DNA of 64,000 nucleotides from the human T2T-CHM13v2.0 reference genome, Homo sapiens: the NCBI RefSeq assembly GCF_009914755.1, contig NC_060948.1. One strand, 5' to 3'. Both the position numbers and the translations under genes were made by a program. The notes under the pieces are model-generated. The model saw only the letters and a list, made by a program, of their open reading frames with translations, was not told where the DNA came from and searched no databases. Positions 25,376 through 42,486 of this stretch are shown here, one piece after another (position 1 is the stretch's first letter; every line of letters starts with the position of its first letter).

Positions 25376-26518
25376 GTTGGGTAATGAAGAAGACACTGGG
25401 ATGAAAGAGAAGCATGTTTGGAAAGAAAATAGTTTCCTCTCTTGAATAATAAAAAACGTACACATATTTAGAATAGAATGCTACTGTGGGTTTTGTAACA
25501 AAGAAACTAATAATACCAAGAGATGGTAACCATAATTTAAGAAACTTTTTCTAAAATATACATAACATAAAATATCTTTACCTTCAGATGATGTTTTTAC
25601 TGTTAGGATATTCATCAGAAAAGAAAACATTGAAAAGATAAATTAAAATATTATGCAGACACAAACAGCTCTATATTGGTATGGTATAGTTTATGAACTA
25701 AGCAGTTCATAAGTGTGAGTATAGAATGTATAGACTTTAATTTGTTAAAATTAATATAAAGCACTTAAAAAGTGGCTTATAATAAGCATTTTTTTAAGAA
25801 CTGTTCTTTACAATTCTGATATGCACAATTTATAGACAAACTCAGAAAAATAAGTTTGGGTTGCATTGTGTAGATATTTAAACCTATTTTCTTATGTTAC
25901 ATTTTTATTTTGCCGCAAAATTCATAGAATGTAATAGATGGGGGAGAATAACTTAATGGACACTATAGTCTGTCAGTTAATAAAATATTTTTTTCAGGAA
26001 TATAAATGGTATTTATTTTACTAGAGCTCTGTTAATTAAGGATGTTATTTATTATACACAAACTGAGGACAGAGAAACCGCCTATGTGTGTATATTGTTT
26101 CTGTTAATTTTGGAAGTTTGGGTCAAATCACTACATTTATCTCATAAGCAAATAAAATAAGCTGTTCAAATATTATATTACAACCAAAAAGGGAAGATAC
26201 AAGATTAAGATGACAAAACTTTACATTCCTAATTGACTTATTTTTCTTGCTTTCTTTTGATGTTATTTTACTTATTATTGCTTGTTTCTTATAGATTTCT
26301 TTAAAATTCAGTTATTGCTTTTCTCCTTTGTGCATTATTTTATGAAATAAGCAGACACCATGTAGAGTGAGCTTATTGCTAATATTTGAGAGGGGGATGA
26401 AATATGGATGACTATTTCATAATAAAAATACTTTTTTAAGGTTGATCAGACTACCACAACTCAAAAAAGTAAAAAATGAAAATTATATAGAACATATTTT
26501 GGCATTTTAAATTTTTTT

Positions 26519-28389
<1,871 letters not shown>

Positions 28390-28434
28390 TATATATATAT
28401 ATGTTTTCATATGTATATATACATATATATATGA

Positions 28435-29265
28435 AAAAACTGAACACACATTTCTGGAAAGAAGACATACAAGTGGCAAACAGGTATCTGAAAAGGTGCT
28501 CAATATCATTGATCATCAGATAAATGCAAATCAAAACTATAATGAGATATCCTCTCACTACAGTTAAAATTGCTTTTATTCAAAAGACAGGCAATAGCAA
28601 ATGGTGGTGAGGGTGTGGCGAATATGGAACCCTCACACACTGTTGGAGGGAATGGAAGTTAGTACAATCACTATGGAAAACAGTTTGGAAGTCCCTCAAA
28701 AAAGTAAAAATAGAGCTACCATATGATCCAGCACTCCCGTTTCTAAATACATACCTAAAAGAAAGGAAATCGGTATATTGAAGAGATATCTGCACTCCCA
28801 TGTTTATTGTAGCACCACTCACAATAGCCAAGATTTGGAAGGAAACTAAGTGTCTATCAACAGAATAATGGATGAAGAAAATGTGGTACATATATGCAAG
28901 AGGGTACTATTCAGCCATAGAAAAATGAGATCTTGTCATTTGCAACAATATGGATGGAACTGGAGGTCATTATGTTAAGTGAAATAAGCCATGCACAGAA
29001 AGACAAACATTGCATGTTCTCACTTACCTGTGGGAGCTAAAACTTAAAACAATTGAACTCATAGTGATAGAATGTAGATGGATGGTTGCAAGAGGCGGGG
29101 AAGGATAATCAGGAGTTGGAAGGTGGAGGGGCAGGGTACATGGTTAATCAGTATAAAAAATAGAATAAAGAAGATGTAGTTTTTGCTAGCACAACAGGGT
29201 GACTATATTAAAAAATAATTTAACTGTTCATTTAAAAATAGCTAAAAGTATAATTAAATTATATA
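28435..29265 (+). mobile_element. Older L1 (L1PB/L1MA-like) 3' fragment
   Basis: ORF2 C-terminal and 3' UTR-like sequence (gagctaccatatgatccagca...gcacaacagggtgacta). Confidence 0.8.
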
Positions 29266-30059
29266 TTACATTTAAATAATTGAATTACATAAAAAATTTT
29301 CCTTTTCTTTTTTTTTTTTAATTCAAAATTTCTTGGGCCACTCTTCCTTTTATTTATGTTATGCTTCTCTTTGCCTACTTCCTTTGCGGCTCTCACAGTG
29401 GTGGTATATCCGTGTTTCTAAGTTTTATAGCTGGGTACGCCACTAGCCTCAACTGTTCCTTCAGCTCGTGGTGACAGAGGGTGGCGCGCAGGCAGTTTCT
29501 CAGAAAATCAGGAAAATTAGGCAAAAAATTCTTAATTTTAAGCAGAGAGGACATGTTTGTATCTCAGGTGAAAGAATTAATGTCTACATCATCTCCTGCG
29601 AATAGAGGAAATGTGTTAATTCAGACCATTTTTCTCAGGCTTTTTTTGGCAAATGTTAAGAAAGGTTATAATTGTTATTATGTGTGGATTTATGTTTATG
29701 GGTATAACTGATTTCTTGGCAGGAGTACAAAGACCACGAAGTTTTTGGATTTTTTCTATAAAAGGCGATGGGTTTTCAATGTGTGGGTGTTGAATTATGG
29801 GAGGAAACAGTAGGGAGAGGACTCTTTACTGCTTTACTTACTACGAAACTTACTTTCGTTAAACTCGCTGCTTTTTCTTGAGTATTCTTCCCTTTACTAT
29901 CGGACGTGCCCGACATGTGGGCAAGTTGTGGGAGATGGAGCTAGGGCGCCATTTTTCTCATGTGCACTTTTTGTTAAAGCGGTTTTTCTCTGTGAATGTG
30001 GTCCTAATTCAAATATATAGGCAATATACTTAACCACTGTGATTAAAAACTTGTACTTT

Positions 30060-30328
30060 GGCCTGGCGCGGTGGCTCATGCTTGTAATCCCAGCACCTTG
30101 GGAGGCCGAGGTGGGCGGATCTTGAGGTCAGGAGATCGAGATCAGAGTGAAACCCCGTCTCTACTAAACATACAAAAAATTAGCCGGGCGTGGTGGTGGG
30201 TGCCTGTAGTCCCAGCTACTTGGGAGGCTGAGGCAGGAGAATGGCGTGAGGCGGGGCTTGCAGTGAGCCCAGATCGTGCCACTGCACTCCAGCCTGGGCG
30301 ACCGAGCGAGACTCCGTCTCAAAAAAAC
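30060..30328 (+). mobile_element. AluY, possibly Yd lineage (left-arm deletion)
   Basis: gagatcgagatcagagtgaaacccc lacks ~12 bp relative to AluY; absent at the orthologous RBMY1 site (~16015). Confidence 0.75.
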
Positions 30329-30749
30329 ACCTTGTAGTTTTACTTATCACATGTCAAATTTATGATTTGCTTGACAGGAATTATGAAATTTTGACCTAAA
30401 TTGCATTACTTTAGTGTATGAGGAAGTCTGGGGCCATAAATAATCTCAGTTTAAATTTGTTTCCGTAAAACCTTTAATTGTCTCCTTCCTTGTATGACAG
30501 TATTTGAAACATGTTTCATGTATGTCTGGCACCGTAAATAATTTAAACCGAATAAGTGGGTGTAATCCAGATAAATGGTGATAGATAGCTTAAAACGGAG
30601 ACAAAATAAATGCGTTTAAGTTATTCTATTAACTTGCCACACTGACTTACTCTTGTAATTCCTACCATTGGGAAGAGGAGATGTGAGGATGGCTTGAAGT
30701 CACGAGTTGGAGACCAGTCTGCGAACATAATGAGCCCTTTAATCTATTG

Positions 30750-31226
30750 CCATTTTGGCGCCAGGGACCGGTTTAGTGGAAGCTATTTTTTCACAGAAAA
30801 GAGGTGGGTAGGGGGAGAAGGTGGTGAGGTGGACACCTTGGGGAGGTGGGGGGCGGCCGTTCCAGGAGGAGTACAGTGTAGGAAGGGGTTTCAGGCCAGA
30901 GCAGTGTGACGGGGGGCAGTGGTGGGACAGCGGGGCTGCGAGGGGGACAGGGCAGGCCAGCGGGGAATAGGGAGGATGGATTCTGGATGAAACTGTTCCA
31001 CCTCAGGTCACACTCAGGCATTACAATCTTCTAGGGAGAGCGCCACCTAGATCCTCGTATGCGCAGTTCACAGTAGGGCCCTTACTCCTGTGAGAACCCA
31101 ATGTCTTCGCTGATCTGACAGGAGGCGGGGCTCAGGCAGTGCCAGAGGTTCACCACCTGTTCTGCAGCCAGGTTCCTAACAGGCCACAGACAGATACCGG
31201 TTGGAGACCAGGGTTTGGGGATCCCT
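30750..31226 (+). mobile_element. MER1-type hAT-Charlie DNA transposon with a G-rich expansion; ortholog in RBMY1 intron 1 at ~15235-15595
   Basis: ggcgccagggaccggttt...ctagatcctcgtatgcgcagttcaca...ggttcctaacaggcca. Confidence 0.7.
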
Positions 31227-34200
31227 GATCTATTGTATATTTCAAATCACTAAAATGTAAAACATTTGAAATGTTCTCCCCCAAGGAAGCATGTATTTTA
31301 GTTAGCTTGATTTAATCATTTATTAAAATATCAAGCTGGGCGTGGTGGTTCACCCTTGAAATCTCATCACCTTGGTAGCACCAGGCCAGAAGATAGCTTG
31401 AGCCCAGGAGTTTGAGACTAGGTTGGGTACCACGGGGAAACCCATGTCTATTAAAGAAAGACACAAAAAAGTGCCTACTAGCTCTGGTAGTGAGTGCCTG
31501 TAGCTTACCCATTAGATGAGACGTGGGAGGATCACTTGAGGTTCGGTAGAGGAGGCTGCAGTGAGCGGTGCACTTTGGCAACAGAAAAATTACATATCAA
31601 GAAAAAAATCCACAAAACACACTGTACAGTATATATACATAGTTTTCAAATAAAACTATTTAAATGGAGTATCCTGCGTATTGCAGCTTAAGAAAATTAG
31701 AGTAGCTTTTCTCCTCTCATTTTTACAAACAAGTTTTTGTCAGGTACATATTAAAATGCAGCACTTGTCCATGAAGTCAGTGCCCCTTTCACTGTGCATG
31801 TTACAAATTTTACATATTTGAAGTAAGAAAATCTAAAAAGATGTCAGCCTCTGCAAGGAAATTTCACTTGAGTTTTCAACACAATATGTAATAAAATTTT
31901 ATCTTTTTGGCTTATTTATTATCTAAATATAGATTTTTTGTTACCATTTACAGCAAAATGGTAGAAGCAGATAGGCCTGGCAAGCCTTTCATTGGTGGCC
32001 TCCGTTTAGACACCAGTTAAAGACACTTAAAGCAGTATTTGGGAATTATGGTCTCATATTGGAAGGCAACTGTTATATATATATGTGTGTGTGTATATAT
32101 ATGTATCTACATATACATGTTGGTTATATATATTTTTTAAAGTAAATATATACTTAATGTATTTACTGGATATATAAAATATTTATTTGTTTTTAAACTG
32201 TTATTTTTGGATTTCTATTTGATATTGGGAAAATTCTCATAGCAGCAGGTGAAGGGTCTGTGGTAAATGTCACCTACTACTGAAAAATGAAAATGAGCAA
32301 AAGTAAATGTGTTGTGGACGCATGGAACAAATTGGAATAAAATAGGCTGACTATAGAGGTGACTTAGTATTAAAAGAATCATAGTAATGATGTGAAATGC
32401 ATTTTTTGGGTTTGTTAGTACTACAGTGAGTCCATTAGATAAATGTAAAATATTTTCATATATTTTTGTTCTTCTGATAAATGATTGGGAAACCAGCAAG
32501 TTCAGATGCTTTGCATTTATTTTGAGAAAGCTGCAGATGCTAAAAATGTTGTCAAAGATATGAATGGAAATGTTAACAGTTCCTTATTAATAATATCCTA
32601 ACTGTTCTTCACTTAACAGCATTTCAAGGTCTTTTTAGTATTACTAAACTTTTGAAGATAGCATAATGTCATATGATCTGAAATGCTTTAGCTATCCTCT
32701 TCTTTTTGCCATATTAAGTACAAGTGTAGTTGGAAGGATATTGGAATAAACCTTACATAAATTAATATATGGTAATCATATTTGTATGTTAGTATTTCAA
32801 TACAAGTGTAAATAGATTTTCAAAGCTTTCAAGCAGCTTTAAAACTTAGGAGAAACCCTCACAAAAATGAGAGAAATAAGTCAGTATCTATCAAATGCTA
32901 TTAATGGAATTACTTCCAATTCATGGAAATACTTCTATAGCATAGACAAACTATGGGTAGACAGCTAGATAGACTTACAAGATGGGAATCTTCTATAGAG
33001 AGACATCTAGACAGACTCACAAGAAGGAAAGATTTTTTCACATTTTCTGAAAACACATTCTTGAGAAAGTATATTTCAACAAGATCTTTACATTGAGGAA
33101 GTGTTACGTACTTGAAAGTAGAAAATAATATGAGAATATTGAAGTTGAGTAACAGAATGACTGGCATTTTTGCCCCATCCTTGCTCTTTTCCTCCTTAAA
33201 ACATTTTTATCCTGTCACCATAGTGATTTATGTAACATGAGTACCTAATTATTCATTTTTCCAGTGTGTTTGAGCACTTGTGTTGATCCAACTAATGATC
33301 TCTGTCTTACTGAATCTTAAATTCTAGGGATCCTGTGTTTATTACAGCTTTAAACTTTTGTGTCGTTCTATTACCTGCTTAATTCCTTCATATTACCATC
33401 AAAATCATTGCATTCTGGATACTTTGGAATTTTTTTATATAACATTATCCAAATCTCTTTTTAGTTCCCAATACTCTTTATGCTATCACCAATATGCTTT
33501 TTTGGACTTCTCGAGAGTTATTCTTCCCGGCGTACATCTCACAAATAGCAATTCATGCTCCAAAAACAGCTTAGATTTTACATTTTCATCTTCACTGTAT
33601 ATTGTGGGTATTTTGGCCTCACTGTACCATGTATTAATCTGTTGATTGTTAAATTGTCTTTAGTGCATATTTAAGTTTTCCTAGTTGCTTTTGTTTCTGT
33701 TACATCTAGCACATTTCCTGGTATATAGCAGAGGTGCCTTTTTATTCAGGTTATGCTTTCATATTTTAAGTTTTTGGAGAAACTGAAAGTTGCGTTTGGC
33801 TCATGGTTTTGTAGGTGTGGAAATAATTTTGACTTATGTATAATAATCTATGATAATTTCTTTTTCCCCCATAGTTTTCAAGCACAAGAACAGGTGATTT
33901 CTGTGGATGTTACTTCTAAATTACTTCATCCAACATATCTTACTGTGTAAGAATAAATATAAATGTAATATGCACACAAAAGTTAAGAAGGGAAATAAAG
34001 GAAGTACTTAGAGGTTTCAGGGGCAATGAACAGGTTAAGAAAGTTTGGCTGACCTCTGAATAGTAGGAAGGAAGCAGTCATGCACAAACCTGGGAAACAT
34101 GTTTTGGGCCCAGAAATGTGAGTGCAAGAGATCTTGGAAAGGATTTAAGTTCTTCCCCCAAATAACAAAGCAATGTAAGTTTTAAATACAATTTTTGCTG

Positions 34201-35023
34201 ACATTTCTTCTAAAATCACCTTTGCCTATAGAAAAGATTAAAGTGAAGAAAGTTATTATGAAATTAATTAGGACATTTAAGCATTTCTGAGAAATAACAT
34301 GAAGTACTATATTAAGAGTCATTTATTAGGGACACTTCTAAGGCAAGATAAGAAATGAGTAAGGCAATCACACCTGTAATCCCAGCACTTTGGGAGGCTG
34401 AAGCAGGTGGATCACAAGGTCAGGAGATCAGTTTAATAACCGGATGTGCAAGTCATTGGATATGCTTTCTCAAGTCGAAATTGCAGTGTTTGCTCCATTT
34501 TAAGGTACATAGCTTCATAGTATTTTTTTCTCAAATTATCTTGAGGGTGAAGATTAATACTACTCTGCCATGTATGAGAATATGCATTTTCTTACCTGTA
34601 ACACCACCAAGGCATTAGAATATATCTACATTTTTTGTAGATATAAGAAAATATTTTTTATTATTTAATATGCAATTCTTAAAGGTTATTAAAATTGAGC
34701 ATAGACTAAGCTAAAAATTAATACTTCATAATGGATTTTTAGGAATTGTATATTATGATACAAATTTTACAGATAATGTATTTTTCTGAGGTGTCATTTT
34801 TTGATTTTGTAAATAAATGAGTTTCTTTGAATGGAATTTGGTGTACCCTTATGATATGTTTTGAAACACTTTTTTTATAGTAGAATTATATGAACAGTAA
34901 TTTATCATTTTTCTCCAAATATATTTTTTCTTTATGTAGATTGTATTTATATATTTAACTGATAGATTTTTGCTTTCTCTTCACTCTGCATTTATCCCAA
35001 ATCTCTCTGTCACACCAATATAA

Positions 35024-35344
<321 letters not shown>

Positions 35345-35479
35345 TAATTTTTCTTAAAATTCCTGGCAGTATTCTTTGATGGTAGGCTTCGTAATCTAAT
35401 GAATTCTTCCATTACCTAGGTCACTTGGTAGTGGTCCTCCAGTGGGTCAATCTAAAAATTGTTTGTTCAGTTTCTTTTT

Positions 35480-35768
35480 GGGTTGAAGTCTTGCTCTCAC
35501 CAGGCCAGAGTGCATCGATGAGATGACAGCTCACTACGGCCTCAAATTCCTGGGCTCAAGTAATTGTCCTCTTTTAGCCTCCTGCGTTGCTGTGACTACA
35601 GGCATACACCACCACACATAGCTAAATCTGTTTCCCTTTTTTCTATATTTTTGTAGAGACACGATCTCATTGCATTGTCATAGAGGACATTAAAGCCCTG
35701 GGCTCAAGCAGTCCAGCTGCCTCAGCCTTCCACATTGGCTCACAATGTGAGCCACTGCGCCTGGCCAT
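35480..35768 (-). mobile_element. AluJ-like, orthologous to 7841-8150
   Basis: Same intron-5 position in both copies. Confidence 0.75.
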
Positions 35769-38700
35769 CCAGGTTCTGAGACCTTAGTAATACTTACGTG
35801 CAAGGCATTCTTACTGGTTATGTGAGGATACACAAGAACAAAAGGAGCATTTTGCAGATAAGCAATCACTGGGCTTAAATAATAATGAATAATAAAATTA
35901 AGGCTTGATAGGTAAACTTGAAGGAGTCCAGCATTTTTAAGTTAAGAGCATACCACAAAAGTGCAGAGTTGTGAAATATATGGGGGATGTAAATTAAGAT
36001 ATGGTGTAAATTAATGTATGGAGAGTGTAAATATATGGAGGGGGTGTACAATTGTTAAGATGGTACAGGGATGTTAAAACCTTAACACAAGATACTTAGT
36101 GTAGGACTTCAGTTATTTCAGGAGAGAATTTAGTTCTAAGCAGCATTAGGTGAACAGTAGGATTGAATAGAAGTAATATTTTTGAGAAAGAGAAGTGTGA
36201 GATTTCAGAGTGAACAGAAGAAAACAAGACCATAAAGTAACAGATCTTAGTAAAGAAATTTAAACAGAACAAGTTAAAATCCTTACCTAGCCCTCCATCA
36301 TAATATGGAGGAAATTGAAAACTGCCGTTTTCAATTTTACATTTCTCATGTAGAGTATCAGTGAAGTTAAGTATTTATTGATTTCAGAATACACAAGCCA
36401 GCACATTTCCATTAGAAGACTAGCCAGCAAACACATCATAGGTGAAAGACTGACTTCTATGAATTAGCATGTGAAGAGTATGTCAAAGGAGGAAGTTTTC
36501 TATTTTTGAAAGAGTTACAATATTGTAATTATCCCTTTAAGACTATTGCTAATTGCAGTAAAAATAAATATTGGACATCATTAGAAGAGCTGCACTAGTA
36601 CATTTTAATTTGTCAACATTTAAGATACAGCCAATCACTTAGAGATAAAGGAGCACTTTTATGTAGAATTTTGGCATGCAGTAGTTCAAAGGTAGCAATA
36701 TTGGTGCTTGTGAGATGGATTGAACAACACGGGATAACCTTCTTCAGCTGAGAAAGGACAATATATGTAAACTTTATATTCAGTGGAGAGTTTGATGGTT
36801 TTACAGGTTTTGCCTGTTATCATTAGTAGTCATCAGTAATTCATATAAAAAGAAAAAATAGTAACTAACTGGTTATTAACAATTAAAGTGAACTTTTACC
36901 AAAGAATTAATGTCTGCCTTCAGCTTTGTTAGAAGAACTGGCCTTGTGGAGCCATGGGATTATCCAAAGCCATAAGAAATATTGAAGTTGTCATGAATGT
37001 CTAGTAATTTAGAGAAAGAAGAATGGAGTGATTCAAGAAATAATTTTTAAAAGTTGTTTCAGAGAAGAAAAAATTGTGTTTCAGATTTTGTGTTCTTTAT
37101 ATAATATTTAATTATTTTAACATTAAATGTCCCATGTCATGTGGATGAGAGAATTCTGGAGGTCCTCCACGCAGAGTCAGTCTCTTCCTGGAGAAATGAC
37201 CATGTGTCATTAAGAGATGAGGGTTATGCAACTAAGGATAGGTTAAGAAAAAATGGAAAAATAGTTGACTTCTGTTGTGGTGATGAAATTCACATAACAA
37301 ACTTTAACATTTAAAGGTAAATAGTTAATTGGCATTTAATATATTCTGTGTTGTGCAACAGCTACCTCCAACTAGTTCCAAAACATTTTCATCACTCCAA
37401 ACTACAACTCCACTACCAGTTAAGCAGTTCCTTTCACTTTCTCCCTTCTGTCAGCCACTAGTAAACAACAATCTGTTTTCTGCCTCTGAACTTAGCTGTT
37501 CTGGGCATTTCATGTTAATGGGCCCAAACACCACAGGACATTTTATAACTGTCTCCTTTTGTTTGCATGATGCCATGAAGGTTCATTTACACAAGCTGCT
37601 AACTCATTATTTTGTTTGGGTTGTTTCCACTACCATATTTCCATATATACATATGTGTTTGGGTATACTTATTCAACTCTCGGTATATATGAGTGGAATT
37701 GCTTGGTCCTATGATAACTTTGTTTTCTTGAGGAACAACCACATTTCTCCATAGCAGCTGCATCATTGTCCATTGCAGCTAGCATTGTGTCAGGGTTCCA
37801 AATTATCTACATGCTCTCAAACACTTGATATTTCCTGCTATTTAAAATTTATTTCCATTCCAGTATGTGTGAAGTATGGTATTTCATTTTGGTTTGAAAT
37901 GTATTTTCTGAATAACTGATTATGATTATTTGTTCCATGTGCTTTTTCAGCACTGCACTCCAGCCTGGGCAACAAAGCAAAATGGTCTCACAAAATAAAA
38001 AGAAAAAAATAAAGAAAAGAAAAATAGTAGTTATTGCATACAATCCTTGCTTGCAAATCAAAAATTAAAATGTCATTTCTACATCATTACATGAGTACCA
38101 CTAAAACAAAATGTTGATTTTGGAGGGAGAGGTAGATCTTAACTTCCTCCATGAATTTTTTGAGGTATTAAGATGAAAAGGAACTTTTTTCAAAGTAATT
38201 TCATAATTGTTAGTGTTATTTGAAAACTATCTGTTTAGATGATATGGCTGTATTAAAATTTTCAGATTAAAATTATACATGTAATGCCTAATGCCTGATT
38301 TTATTGCTACACATGCTTAAAAGCAAATTAAATAGGAAATTAAACTGTGTTTTTTGTCAAAAATTTTCTTTGTAGCTTTGCATATAAATAGATACAAAAG
38401 TAGGCATAGGTTACATCTCCCTTGCAAGCTGCACACCTTTTCTAATTTGGCTGTGTTTCTCTTTAAAAACTTACAAGCTTTAAAAGTTTGAGAACTCTTC
38501 AGAAAGACTAAAAAACTGTCTGCCTCACCATAAATTGTTTATCATTCAGAGGAATCATGTGGGTCAAAAGAAATAATTAGATATGTTTTATATTAAAGTT
38601 TAAGACATCCATAACATTTTTCTTGAAGCATTCTGTGACTGAAGGGGGATAATGGTGATGAAACATTTTTTTCAACCTAAATAAAAACGGAACCAGCTAC

Positions 38701-38889
38701 GTTTCCTAAGTATATAGTTTAATGAAATTAAGTCTTCCTAGTTTTAAATAGTGGAAAATAAGTGTTTTATGTGGGAGGTACTCATGTTAATTATTTCCTA
38801 TAATATTTGACAATGGTTGTTGTAAGTAATGGCTTAGCAATAAGTTCTTGCAAATAGAAATTATCTAGAAGGCTTGGGATTTGATCAGG

Positions 38890-39165
38890 TTTTTTGTTTT
38901 TTGTTTTGGATGGAGTCTAGCTTTTGTTTCCCAAGCTGGGGTGCAGTGCCTGGATCTTGGCTCACTGTGACCACAACTTTCTGGGTTCAAGCTATTCTCC
39001 TGCCTCAGCATCATGAGTAAGTGGGTTTACAGCTGTGTGCTACCAAAGCTGGCTAAATTTTGCATTTTTAGTACAGACAGCTGGCCAGACAAGTCTTAAA
39101 ATCCTGATTCACCCTCCTTGGCCTCCCAAAGTGCTAGGATTACAGGCATGAGCCAACAGGCTCCT
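38890..39165 (-). mobile_element. Alu
   Basis: Diverged reverse-complement Alu. Confidence 0.8.
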
Positions 39166-39673
39166 ACTATCAAATTTAAGTGAAGATATGAATAGAAATG
39201 CTTTAAATCTCATGGTTTTTTGGAAAGTGAAGCATATAAAACATGAAACAACATCATAAAGTTTCAGATAGGCAATTGCTTAACAGTTTAATATATCATC
39301 TAATGATAAAACTGGAAAGATTTGGACCCAAATAAGTAAACCAATTAATTTTCCTGAACATACAAGCTAAATAAATGAAATATATGAAGATCCAGAACTT
39401 TACAGTCCATAATTCTTAAAATTAACAGACTAATCTGTAAAGAGGACATATCTTTATGAGAAAATTTTGACAAGATCATAATTTTTATAGGGTAAGGTGG
39501 CAAATAATTTTAAAGTGAGAAGTTACTAACTTTGATTTTTCAAGTGAGTTATTTACGTTATGAAATTGTGTTAACATTCACCTATAATATAGGATTGTGA
39601 GGATTAAGTGAAAAGATACAACTCCCTGGGCTTGTGTATCTTCACAGCAGCAACAGGAGAAATACTGCCTATC

Positions 39674-39965
39674 CAGGTGTGATGGCTTAGGTCTGTAATC
39701 CCAGCATTTTGGGTGGCTGAGGTGGGCATATCGCTTCAACTCAGGAGTTTGAGGCCAGCCTGGGCAACATGGAGAAATCTTGTCTGTATAAAATAGACAA
39801 AAAATTGCTGGATGTGGTAGTGCATCAGTGTAGTCCCAGATCCTTGGGGGCTGAGGCGGGAGGATTGCTTGAGCCCATGAGTTCCAGGCTGCAGTGAGTC
39901 TGTTTACACCACTGCATTTTAGCCTGTGTGACAAAGCGAGACACTGATAAAAAAAATAAAAAAAG
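39674..39965 (+). mobile_element. AluJ-like
   Basis: Alu consensus with A tail. Confidence 0.8.
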
Positions 39966-40374
39966 GAGAAGGTGTCTATGATACTCTGTCCCTAGGCTTT
40001 TTTAACCCGAATTATCTGCATGAAACATTCTGTCATAATGATTAAAAGGTATGGGAAACAGAAGAGTAACCAGCAATATATAATTTATCAATCTTGGAAC
40101 AGGGATTCTGTTTCAGAAGTTAGAATAAATGCTGAAAACCCTTTATGTAACAAGAGCGAAAGCCTTATTGCATCATTTTTCATAGGAACATAATGCTTTT
40201 GAATGAATAATAGGTTAATTTTTTTTTACCATCTTTGTCCACAGGCATTACTATGAGAAAATACCTGGACTTGGTGGTTTATAACAAACCTTTCTTGTAA
40301 TCCCAGAGGCTGAGAAGCCCAAGGTCAAGGCATCAGCAAATACAGTGTTCAGGTAAGGGGTCCCTTCCTGGGTT

Positions 40375-40832
<458 letters not shown>

Positions 40833-41669
40833 CTTCCTGGATTTTAAACAACCCTCTTGCTGAGTCTATACATTATAGAAGTGAGTTGGGAACTCTATAG
40901 CCTTTTAGGAGGTTGCTAATGGCATTTATGAGGGTGCTGCCTTCCTGACCTGATTACTTCCCATCAAAGTCCCTTTTCCCCTTCCAGAGGGAAGCCAATT
41001 GACACTTCCACATGTTCAGCTTAAAGTATTTTTTAGATGGTGGAGTGAGGATAGCAGTGATGATTTAATTAATTCTTTGGTTTGCAGTTTTTAATGCCTC
41101 CAGTGTTGGCATCAGGTATTAAAGGCATGAAAATGATTTTTCAGATTGTTCATATGTAGTCATCCACTTTCAGCTTACAAGGTTTGGGGACAATTGGGCA
41201 GTTTTGGTTTTCAGTGATGCTAAATCATGAAAGGGGGACCCAGTGTTGAAATTTTAGTTTAGAAACTTGTAGCTATACATTGAATGAAATGAGAATTGAA
41301 GTTGTAGACTAATAAAATACGTAAGACAACTCACATGGGGGTGTGTTTTAGTTTTGCATTGAAACAAAATTCTCTCTGAAGTTACTTCTCTTGACTCTTG
41401 TTCACCAGATAAGTCTGGTCTGACTAGATTTGTCCTCATTTTTTACCTAAGTGCATTAAGAACTGTCATTGACCACAAAGGTATAATTATAAATTATATG
41501 TAAAAAATTAAATGCATATAAATAAATTTATATAAATATATTTATTTTATTTATATTTTATAAATTTATATTTATATTTAACTTTATATAAATGAATGAT
41601 ATAAATTATAATATAAATAAGTTATCTATTATTTTATATATAATATAAAATTTATTATATATATAATTT

Positions 41670-41942
41670 ATTTTTTAAATTTGAGACAATGTCCAGCTCA
41701 CTGTAGTCTCAAACTCATGGGCCCAAGTGATCCTCCCACCTCATCCTCCTGAGTAGCTGAGACCACAGGTGCAAACCATCATGCTTGGCTAATTTTGTAT
41801 GTTGTTTGTTTGCTTGTTTGATTTTGGAGATGGGGTTTTACCACGTGCCTAGGCTAGCCTTGAACTTCTGGGCTCAAGTGATTCTCCCACCTCTGCCTCT
41901 GAATGTGCTGGGATTACAGGTGTCTTCCACCATGTCTGGCCA
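41670..41942 (-). mobile_element. AluJ-like preceded by AT-rich low-complexity tract (41480-41680)
   Basis: Alu consensus; AT run. Confidence 0.75.
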
Positions 41943-42486
41943 CAGAGGCCTTTCCAGTTTACTAGGTGAGAACTTTATATAATTAGTTTCAGATTAGAAT
42001 TTTTAAAGCTTTGAGACTAGGAACTAAGCCAGGAACTTGCCACCAGGCTTCCCTTTCAGAACCTATACACTTGGTTGAATACCTTTCCTCTCAAAGTCCC
42101 CAAGTATCGTGAGGTTCCAGAGCTTGCCCAGAAGTGACCTGTCTTTCTCACCTCTTAAGCTAGGAGCTCTAACCAATTACCAGGCTGATGTTCCAAGAGG
42201 GCTGTCTAAGTATTTTCTCCACAGTCAACTTTAGTTCTTAAAGTTGCCTGGTTATCTCTGATTTTCTGCAAATCATTCTTAAATGTATTTGATATTTCAG
42301 ACAAGGCTTTGTAATAAAACCAGGTTCCAATTAGGTTCTGTTGAAAGGAGAATACATTCTTACTACCTCAGAAATGACTCTATTGCCATATAGATATTTA
42401 TAAAATCTTAAATGTCCAGTGAACATAACACAGCTTAACTAGTAAATTAGTAAATCCAAGAGAAGGACACAAATGACAAACGTATT

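Noticed and set aside
25118-25480. Protease-like segment as a retrocopy (23-nt direct repeats plus aataataaaaaa)
   Set aside because: The coding similarity stops at a gt and continues into intron-like sequence, and the left repeat is partly explained by the adjacent duplicated segment. A template-switch junction fits better, although retroposition is not fully excluded.
30800-30975. G-rich tract as a functional G-quadruplex element
   Set aside because: Low-complexity expansion inside a MER1; poorly conserved with the RBMY1 counterpart (15380-15540); nothing indicates function.
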